Source: an uncultured Anaerolineales bacterium (GTDB lineage Bacteria > Chloroflexota > Anaerolineae > Anaerolineales > UBA11858). From it: a stretch of 64,000 bases of DNA. The stretch covers positions 12,894-76,893 of the forward strand of contig CAYWFK010000001.1 of the NCBI GenBank assembly GCA_964457375.1, in the 5' to 3' direction. Of this stretch, positions 55,810 through 62,680 are shown one piece after another. A program made the position numbers and the translations under genes. The first letter of the stretch is position 1. The number at the start of each line of letters is the position of its first letter. Below the pieces are notes generated by a model. It did not search any database. It saw only the letters and a program-made list of their open reading frames with translations, and was not told the origin of the DNA.

Positions 55810-56426
55810 CGCGAATCAGCATCTTTTGCGGCAACGGGCGGATTTTTGATGAGGCTGTATCCTTCGACGAGTACCGGCAACCCTCTGGCGATGGTCAGAC
55901 TAATGGCGAACCAGGAAAGAATCATAGCTGTGGTGTGAATTGCCGGCTGCCAGGTGCTGCCTTGTGTCATCAGGCTGAGATCGAGCGTGAGAAAAGAAAA
56001 CGCAAGCGCTTTGGCTACACCGTACCCGGAACGCATGATTTTCGAAGATACCAGAAAGCGGCTGATTGGGGAGTGCACCTGATCGAAAGCGGCAACGCCG
56101 TTGCGCATCCCCACGGCGCGGATTGCGTCGACTGTGGTTCCCCGTGTAATGGCGATGAGGGGAATGATGATAGGTATCAAGCCGATTTGTGCAAAGACGA
56201 CCCACAAAACGATTTCCAGCGTTCTGTCTGTGGCGATATCGAGAACGCTGCCCAGCAGGCTGACTTCACCTCTTGCCCGGGCAATGATGCCGTCGACAGT
56301 ATCCATGAGAATAATCAGGATGATGAACGGGACATCCCATAACTGGAGCGTGGGATTGTTCGTGTAGAGTAATCCTACGTAAACGAATAAGAGCGGAAAA
56401 CGTGCCAAAGTAATTAAATTTGCCAT
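55806..56426 (-). CDS. CDP-alcohol phosphatidyltransferase
   Basis: ORF trimmed to the ATG at 56426 (MANLITLARF). The complete signature is DTVDGIIARARGEVSLLGSVLDIATD (D-x2-DG-x2-AR-x8-G-x3-D-x3-D). Confidence 0.85.
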   Translation of the reverse strand: MANLITLARFPLLFVYVGLLYTNNPTLQLWDVPFIILIILMDTVDGIIARARGEVSLLGSVLDIATDRTLEIVLWVVFAQIGLIPIIIPLIAITRGTTVDAIRAVGMRNGVAAFDQVHSPISRFLVSSKIMRSGYGVAKALAFSFLTLDLSLMTQGSTWQPAIHTTAMILSWFAISLTIARGLPVLVEGYSLIKNPPVAAKDADSR

Positions 56427-56430
56427 ATAT

Positions 56431-57744
56431 CTATTGTATTTCTCCAAAACGTTGAAGTGCTTTGTAAATTGCGTTGGTGCCGAAATCAACAGCTTCTACG
56501 GGAATGCGTTCGTTTGCTGCGTGTACCAGCGAAGAAAATTTGAAGTCCGGAGCCAGCTGCATGGGGGTGAAACCATAGGTTTGTATCCCCAGCCGGGAGA
56601 AAAAGCGTGCGTCTGTTACAGCTGCCAGGAAGAAAGGCATCGGATGCCCGGATGGGTCTGCTTCTTTGAGAATCTTTGCAAGCACCGGGAAAAGTGACAT
56701 GTTTGGCGCGCTGGGTCCTTTGTCGGCAGCGACGATTTCGATTTTCAGGTCATCTCCCAAGAGCTGGTGAAGTTCGGTGATCATATCTTCTGCTGAAAAC
56801 CCGGGCAGCAGTCTGCCATCCAGTTGCACGGTTATTTCCGATGGGATGACGTTGACCTTGTCCCCGCCTTTGATGATGGTCGGATTGACCGTGTTATGCA
56901 TCAGAGGATAAAACAATTCGCTGTTCTTGCCAAGAGATTTCAATATCGTATCTGTCAGGGCGGGGTTGAGAATCGATTTGATGATCATGTTTTTGGGAAA
57001 AGGCAGCGCTTCAGCCATGCCTTCGAACATCAATCTGGCAGCACTGGTAACATGCACCGGCAGCCCTTTTTGATCGAGTGTGGTGAGTGCTTTTCCAAGT
57101 TTTGCCATCGCTCCGCTGTGGTGCACGAGGGAGCCATGCCCTGCCTGCCCGTGGAATGTCAGTTTCATCCAGCAAATCTGTTTTTCTGCAACCATAATCG
57201 GATAGAAACGTTTCCCGGCTGTTTCCATGGTGAACCCACCGAATTCCCCAAAGGCGAAACGGACATCCTTGAAAAGTTCCGGATGTTCTTCGACGAGAAA
57301 GGCTGCACCGGCGGAACTTCCTTCTTCTTCGTCTGCCAGCACGGTGAGAATAACATCCCCGGGAAGTTTGACATTGTTTTTCTTTGCCTTGATGAAGGCG
57401 GAAATCATCATGGCAACGGCGCCTTTCATATCCAGCGTTCCGCGCCCCCAAATGTAGCCATCGATGATCTCTCCGCCGAACGGAGGATGTTCCCACTGCT
57501 GGTTTTTGGTGGTAACTACATCGATGTGCCCTTGCAGTAACAAAGGCGGGGCGTTGCCTTCACCTTTCAACCGGGCGACAAGATTAGGACGATGCGGGAA
57601 CTTGGCGTACGTTTGGCTGGCAATACCGTATTGATCGAGTAGTGATTTGATCCAGGCGATTGCCGCTTCTTCGTTACCGGGCGGGTTGGTGGTATCGAAG
57701 CGTACCAGGGTTTGCAGGATGTCGATGGGTTTGAGAGCGTTCAT
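56431..57744 (-). CDS. M20-family metallohydrolase (peptidase/deacylase)
   Basis: GHIDVV, GRGTLDMKG, LADEEEGS and GHGS. The dimerisation-domain layout is typical of ArgE/DapE/CPG2 relatives. Confidence 0.75.
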   Translation of the reverse strand: MNALKPIDILQTLVRFDTTNPPGNEEAAIAWIKSLLDQYGIASQTYAKFPHRPNLVARLKGEGNAPPLLLQGHIDVVTTKNQQWEHPPFGGEIIDGYIWGRGTLDMKGAVAMMISAFIKAKKNNVKLPGDVILTVLADEEEGSSAGAAFLVEEHPELFKDVRFAFGEFGGFTMETAGKRFYPIMVAEKQICWMKLTFHGQAGHGSLVHHSGAMAKLGKALTTLDQKGLPVHVTSAARLMFEGMAEALPFPKNMIIKSILNPALTDTILKSLGKNSELFYPLMHNTVNPTIIKGGDKVNVIPSEITVQLDGRLLPGFSAEDMITELHQLLGDDLKIEIVAADKGPSAPNMSLFPVLAKILKEADPSGHPMPFFLAAVTDARFFSRLGIQTYGFTPMQLAPDFKFSSLVHAANERIPVEAVDFGTNAIYKALQRFGEIQ

Positions 57745-57758
57745 GCGTGCACCTTTTC

Positions 57759-59189
57759 TTAGTCGAAAGTATTCAGGATGACAAAATCTTTGTCCAGTTC
57801 GTCCGGGTCGGGTATCTTGTCGAATGGTTCCAGTACGGGGTGATTGGCTTCAAGGGAAAGCGGGCAGCCGCCGCCGCATTCGACAAGCAGGGAGCAGGAT
57901 TTGCAAACCTTGGGTACGTAATTCCGCTCTCGCAAATTGACCGCCAGTTCATGATTCCAGATCGATGTCCAGGGGTCTTTGAGGATATTCCCCAATTGGA
58001 CGTAATATGATTGGCAAGGAAGAACACCGCCATCCGGTTCGATGCACATATTGTAAAGGGCTGCGGTGCAACCTTTGACGCCTAATCCGTATTGTGTCGG
58101 ATCGAAATGGCAGTATTGTGTCGGGGTATACCAGATTAATCGCTGGTTGTATTTCGATGTTTTTTTGTGAGCCAGTTCAAGAAGGGAGGGGAGGACTTGA
58201 TCATCCAGCCCTGTACCGACTGTTTTCCCGTGCCCCGAATAAATCAGGGCATTCAAACCGACTGTGGGTATGCCCAATTCTCCGAGAAAATCCAGGGTTT
58301 CACCAAGTTTGCGGTAATTCGCCTGGAGCATTGTTGTGTTCGTCATGAGATAGAGTTTGCTCGCGAGGATGTTTTTCAAGCCTTGCAAGGTTTGTTTCCA
58401 GGCACCTTTTTTGTTTACCATAAAGTCGTGAATTTCCGGGTCGTGGGATTCAAAAGTGACTTGTACATGGTCCAGTCCGGCGTCGATCAGTTCCTGAAGA
58501 AATTTCTCATCGCTCAATCGTCTTCCATTGGTGTTCAATCCGGTGATTTGCCCGTTATTTTCTGCGTGGGCAATCAATGCCGGCAGGTCGTTTCGCAGGG
58601 TGGGTTCTCCGCCGGTGAAAACGATGTGGGGAATACCAAGTTCCCACGTTTTGTCGATGACCTGTTTCCATGCTTCTGTATCCAGTTCGGGGTAATTCCG
58701 GGCACGGGCGTTGTAGCAGTGGGCGCAGTCATTGTTGCAGCGGTAAGTAACTGCCAAATCCATACGGTAGGGGGCTGTCGGTCTGGCGCTAAAAGGGGCA
58801 TCGATTTCAAGATCGTCGAAGGTGCAGATTGCGCATTGAGCCGGGTCCAGCAAAGCATCGATGCGGGCAGTCAAATTGGCGAAGTCTTTCTTTGCAGTTT
58901 TTGGAGAAACCTGAAAAGCTTTTGTCAGTCTGGAGATGACGTTTTTTTGAGGATAACCTTGTAAATAGGCATAAGCCATCCAGGTGGCGGTAGGGTTGAG
59001 ATGAGTGACAGAATTGGCGTTGACAATCAGCGTTCCGAAACCGTCCGGGTCGACCCGCAGGTGAATACGGCTTTTCGATTGGGGTCCTTCGTTGCGGAAA
59101 TGGTGAATGCCGACGATTTGCCTGATAAGAGGCAAATCGTCGGTGGTTTCTACCGTGTGGTTTTTTTTGATCCCGAACAGATTCATCAT
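57759..59189 (-). CDS. Radical SAM/SPASM-domain enzyme with an N-terminal PqqD/RRE-like domain (RiPP-maturase architecture)
   Basis: The 4Fe-4S/SAM motif is CNNDCAHC, with FTGGEPTLR. The SPASM cysteines are GCTAALYNMCIEPDGGVLPC...GNI...CKSCSLLVECGGGCP. The first ~115 aa have a beta-beta-beta-alpha-alpha-alpha pattern (HLRVDPDGFGTLIVNANSVTHLNPTATWMAYAYLQG...VISRLTKAFQVSPKTAKKDFANLTARIDALL). Confidence 0.8.
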   Translation of the reverse strand: MMNLFGIKKNHTVETTDDLPLIRQIVGIHHFRNEGPQSKSRIHLRVDPDGFGTLIVNANSVTHLNPTATWMAYAYLQGYPQKNVISRLTKAFQVSPKTAKKDFANLTARIDALLDPAQCAICTFDDLEIDAPFSARPTAPYRMDLAVTYRCNNDCAHCYNARARNYPELDTEAWKQVIDKTWELGIPHIVFTGGEPTLRNDLPALIAHAENNGQITGLNTNGRRLSDEKFLQELIDAGLDHVQVTFESHDPEIHDFMVNKKGAWKQTLQGLKNILASKLYLMTNTTMLQANYRKLGETLDFLGELGIPTVGLNALIYSGHGKTVGTGLDDQVLPSLLELAHKKTSKYNQRLIWYTPTQYCHFDPTQYGLGVKGCTAALYNMCIEPDGGVLPCQSYYVQLGNILKDPWTSIWNHELAVNLRERNYVPKVCKSCSLLVECGGGCPLSLEANHPVLEPFDKIPDPDELDKDFVILNTFD

Positions 59190-59204
59190 TTTACTCCGGA
59201 AGGG

Positions 59205-60866
59205 TTAGCGGCCGCCGCCGGCACAGGCACAGGCACATCCGGCACAAGCGCAGGCGCAAGCGCAACCACCACCGCCGCCATGGTAACCGCCGGAAGAAGA
59301 CGATACCGGAGCCGGGTTGGTTTTTTCGGTAATGCCGCTGGTGAAGCTGGTAATATCACCGACCACATTGCTCGAAAAATTTTGAAGGCCGGTAACAACC
59401 GAAGCTGCAAAAGTACTTCCGGGCAGCGTAGGCATGGAGAAACTTCCGCCGCTTCCCGATGTCGATGGCTGGGAAGATGACGTTGCCGGGGATCCGTGCC
59501 AACCCGGATCATAACGGTTCCACCATACCGGTACGAAAACCGGTCCCTGACTGAAGACGTCTTTGGTTCGGTCTTCGAAATCCTTGTCGAGCATTGTCCA
59601 TCCCATATACTCGTCGTATTTTTTACTTTTCACTTCGGGGGTATCCGCCGCTTTGATTTGCTGCCATGCCTTATCCATAATTTTTTCGTAATAGGCAATG
59701 GTTTCCTTGCGGCTGAACCCTTTCATTTTCTTGCTGACGCTTTTGATTAAATCGATGATCAATGCCTGGAGTTTCTTTTTTCTCCTTGCCGGAGATTTTT
59801 CGTCGAAGGCTTCGAGAAAATCGATTTCGTATTTCCGCAGACCGGCAGGGCGCGGTTCGGTCGTTTTGATTTTTAGAGGCTCTTTTGCGATGACTTTTGC
59901 AGCATTCTTTTTGATTACGCTGAAAAGTATCATGGTCAGAATCTTGTCGACCGGATGTTCCATCAGAATGGCTGCTTCGACTGCTGTCAAACCGCGCTTG
60001 ATGCCATGCCCTTCGATACTGAGCTTGGGCGGCAGGTATTGTAATTTGCGTTTTTTGCTGGTCGTCTTACCTAACCAGGCGAAGAAAGCGAACATTGCCA
60101 GCACGGAACCCCAGCATGTGCAGCCGAAGATGGTATCTTTGCTTATCCCCAGCGTTTCGAAAAAGCCCGGGGTGACGATCGCAGTTTTGGGGACATAAGT
60201 TTTGGGGAAGGATGCCCCGAACTTGTAGGTTGAATGCCCGTTGGCTTGCGGATTGTGCCACGCGTAGACGACGCGTCCATGTTTGTCAAGATAGGTTTCC
60301 GGGGTTTGCGGAAAACCGTCAGGGGCTTTATGCCATTTGGGTTCTTCCGGTTTTACCCCCGGTGGCAGGTGAAAAACAACCGTCAGGTCTGTCGTTCCAT
60401 AGACATATTCGTCTCCGAACCAGGTGGGGGCAAAAACTGCGCTGGCGTATTCCTTGTTTTTGGAATCCGTGTAGAGAACATGCGTGATGCCTTTGATGTA
60501 GAGATGAACCTTTCCGGTATCTCCGGGCTGGATAGCATGACTCCCCAGTCCCAAAGCAACGCCGTTATCCACATAGGGGGAAGTATCGATGTCCGTTATC
60601 GTCAATCCGTCGACATCTGCTGAAACATTGGCAATGTCGAAATGTTCGTTTGGAAAACCGACATCGACATAATCGATGGGATCTGCACTGGTGCTGTTGG
60701 AGAAGATGAAAACGTAGTCGATGGAGAGCGTGCCATCTTTTTCCCAGTAGGCGTTTACGATTTCTTTGTCGAGGCTGAAATAGTATGTTTGGGATAATGC
60801 CGGTGAAGGAATGGCAAACAGGAATATCAGCAAAAGTAACCCGGCGATGATTTTCTTTTTGAACAT
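59205..60866 (-). CDS. DUF2207-like membrane protein ending in a Gly-flanked Cys-Ala repeat tail
   Basis: ATG at 60866 with GGAGA upstream. Signal peptide MFKKKIIAGLLLLIFLFAIPSPALSQ, then an extracytoplasmic beta-rich domain (YYFSLDKEIVNAYWEKDGTLSIDYVFIF), a TM segment, a Lys-rich region, and the C-terminus ...SSSGGYHGGGGGCACACACAGCACACAGGGR. Confidence 0.7.
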   Translation of the reverse strand: MFKKKIIAGLLLLIFLFAIPSPALSQTYYFSLDKEIVNAYWEKDGTLSIDYVFIFSNSTSADPIDYVDVGFPNEHFDIANVSADVDGLTITDIDTSPYVDNGVALGLGSHAIQPGDTGKVHLYIKGITHVLYTDSKNKEYASAVFAPTWFGDEYVYGTTDLTVVFHLPPGVKPEEPKWHKAPDGFPQTPETYLDKHGRVVYAWHNPQANGHSTYKFGASFPKTYVPKTAIVTPGFFETLGISKDTIFGCTCWGSVLAMFAFFAWLGKTTSKKRKLQYLPPKLSIEGHGIKRGLTAVEAAILMEHPVDKILTMILFSVIKKNAAKVIAKEPLKIKTTEPRPAGLRKYEIDFLEAFDEKSPARRKKKLQALIIDLIKSVSKKMKGFSRKETIAYYEKIMDKAWQQIKAADTPEVKSKKYDEYMGWTMLDKDFEDRTKDVFSQGPVFVPVWWNRYDPGWHGSPATSSSQPSTSGSGGSFSMPTLPGSTFAASVVTGLQNFSSNVVGDITSFTSGITEKTNPAPVSSSSGGYHGGGGGCACACACAGCACACAGGGR

Positions 60867-60944
60867 GGACATTCTCCAAATGAACAAACTTAACCGATAG
60901 AGTTTAATACACTATACGCAGTATCGAAAGATAAGTTGTAATGC

Positions 60945-61316
60945 TTACCATTTGGGGTCTTCGGTAAGTTGATAAGTTGTATGGCAGTAGGGGCAGGTAA
61001 TCACCGGAGCGCCGGCAACCATCTTGATATCACCCTTGGTCAACGCTGCACCGCAAGATTTGCATTTCAGAGTATCCATATTGACATTGGACGGCAAATC
61101 GATGTTGAGGGTGACATTTTCGCCGTTGCCAGCGGCAGACATTGCTTTTGATTTGCCCAGAAACCAGATAATGCCGAAGCCAATGCCTACACTGATAACA
61201 CCGACGATGAGCCAACCGATTTGCCCTTGCGGGCTGAATGTTGCCCAGATGAAGAGAATGCCAAAGAAAACCAAGATAGCAGCGAAAATGTACCCGATAA
61301 TTTTACCGGCTGACAT
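60945..61316 (-). CDS. Small membrane protein (2 TM segments) with a C-terminal Cys4 zinc ribbon
   Basis: ATG at 61316 preceded by GGAGG. Two hydrophobic helices are followed by CKSCGA...CPYCHTTY. Confidence 0.6.
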   Translation of the reverse strand: MSAGKIIGYIFAAILVFFGILFIWATFSPQGQIGWLIVGVISVGIGFGIIWFLGKSKAMSAAGNGENVTLNIDLPSNVNMDTLKCKSCGAALTKGDIKMVAGAPVITCPYCHTTYQLTEDPKW

Positions 61317-61408
61317 GATAACCTCCATTGAAATGACGGTTTTTGTTTAATTGCTGGGTTGTTTTCATCATTTTTTCTATCGATACGATTAAAACACCTT
61401 GCCATGCA

Positions 61409-61417
61409 ATTATAGCA
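61409..61417 (-). promoter_or_regulatory. Extended -10 element (TGcTATAAT), a candidate promoter of the radical-SAM/lipid operon
   Basis: The minus strand reads TGC-TATAAT (61417-61409), immediately downstream of the phoU terminator. I found no good -35. Confidence 0.35.
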
Positions 61418-61420
61418 TTA

Positions 61421-61456
61421 AAGAAAAAATGGCTTCTTGAGCATCAAGAAGCCATT
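61421..61456 (-). terminator. Rho-independent terminator of phoU
   Basis: The minus strand reads AATGGCTTCTTGA-tgc-TCAAGAAGCCATT followed by TTTTTCTTT. Confidence 0.85.
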
Positions 61457-61475
61457 GATTTGACGGTTCTGGGAT

Positions 61476-62159
61476 TTACAAAGGGGCGTCGATAACGTTA
61501 TCCATCGACCCGATTTCGATCATTTTGCCTGTTGCAACGTAAATAGTGCGCTCGCAAATGTTCGTTACACGGTCAGCCGCCCGTTCCAAATTGTGGGCAA
61601 CCCAAAGGAGAAAATTGGCACGGTCGATTGTCGTAGGGTCTTGAATCATGAAGGTGAGCAATTCACGATACACCTGATTGTAAAGTGCGTCTACATCGTC
61701 ATCCCGTTTCGGTATCTGACGTGCTTTTTCGACATCGGTTCTGACGAAAGCCGCAATGGCGTCCTGAAGCATCTGTGCGGTAATTTCAGCCATCCGGGGG
61801 AGATCGATCAGGGGTTTGATGGGAGGTTCCGACCCCATCAGGATGGTGATGCGTGCAATCCCTTTGGCATAATCACCGATGCGTTCCAGTTCACCAACCA
61901 CTTCGAGAACCGAAGCCATGATCCTTGTATCTTTGGCTACCGGTCCCTGTGTGGCAATGACCATCATCGTCTTGTTTTCGATTTCGAAACGTTTTTCGTT
62001 GATGTTGGCGTCATTGTTGTAAATTTCCCGTGCCTTTGCAAAATCCCTTTTTTTCAGGGCTTCTATCGATGAAAGTATCGATTCTTCCACCATGCTGCCA
62101 AGGACGATGACATCATGGTACAGTTCTTTGATTTGACGATCCAGAATTTCTCGGGACAT
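61476..62159 (-). CDS. phoU: Phosphate-signalling regulator PhoU
   Basis: ORF trimmed to the ATG at 62159 with an AAGAGG RBS. It has two PhoU repeats (E..I...D and ELERIGDYAKGIA; NLERAADRVTNICE). Confidence 0.9.
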   Translation of the reverse strand: MSREILDRQIKELYHDVIVLGSMVEESILSSIEALKKRDFAKAREIYNNDANINEKRFEIENKTMMVIATQGPVAKDTRIMASVLEVVGELERIGDYAKGIARITILMGSEPPIKPLIDLPRMAEITAQMLQDAIAAFVRTDVEKARQIPKRDDDVDALYNQVYRELLTFMIQDPTTIDRANFLLWVAHNLERAADRVTNICERTIYVATGKMIEIGSMDNVIDAPL

Positions 62160-62511
62160 GATTGCCTCTTTCTTCCGGAAATCAAGGTGTCTATCCCTGG
62201 TCAATCCTTGATAGAAAACTTGTCCGGTCTAGATAGTTGGATTTTGTGTTTTTTCCCTGCAAGAGCCTCTTCGGTTCGAGATTGCCATGGTTTAAACCCG
62301 TTGCTGTCCGTTGAAAATCCTGACTGGCGCTTTTTCTTTCGCGTTGCGGGCAAGAAACAGGTCAGGTGTAGAATATCATTCAGGGCTGTGGTGGTACTAG
62401 TTGCCGATGTTCAACCCTTTTCTTTACGGAAGGACAATGTTGTTTTTGAACACATCAATTTGCAGCAATACCGGATGTGGTATTGTTTTCCATTGTATCT
62501 TATCCGAAGGA

Positions 62512-62561
62512 TGTTAACGAATGCAGAAAGATTTGTTAAATTTCCGTCAAAGCCTTGTTAA
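62512..62561 (-). repeat. Three TTAACA hexamers at exact 22-bp phasing (Pho-box-like direct repeats)
   Basis: TGTTAA occurs on the plus strand at 62512-17, 62534-39 and 62556-61. On the phoU strand these read TTAACA, which is the B. subtilis PhoP half-site consensus TT(A/T/C)ACA. Confidence 0.45.
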
Positions 62562-62591
62562 TTGAAAAAACAAAACAGTTTTATAAAGAGG

Positions 62592-62620
62592 ATTATATCA
62601 ATACCAATCTTTTCTATCAA
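62592..62620 (-). promoter_or_regulatory. Strong sigma70-type promoter pointing toward phoU
   Basis: On the minus strand: TTGATA (62620-62615), a 17-nt spacer, then TGa-TATAAT (62597-62592). Confidence 0.55.
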
Positions 62621-62680
62621 TGCTTGTAGTTTTCTGCGGAAGCGGAAAAGAGACGAAAAAGCAGGTGCACTTAGGCTTTT

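Noticed and set aside
59186-59512. 108-aa alternative-frame ORF across the Cys-Ala tail region. I considered it as a possible small precursor peptide.
   Set aside because: It lies in a different frame of the same strand, entirely inside the DUF2207-like gene. It has no RBS and an Arg/Pro-rich composition. The in-frame tail of the large protein is the better candidate.
62115-62561. 148-aa plus-strand ORF spanning the phoU start and the non-coding gap
   Set aside because: It overlaps the phoU N-terminus in antisense, has no RBS, and has a junk-like sequence (many Phe, Cys and Arg). I treat the region as non-coding.
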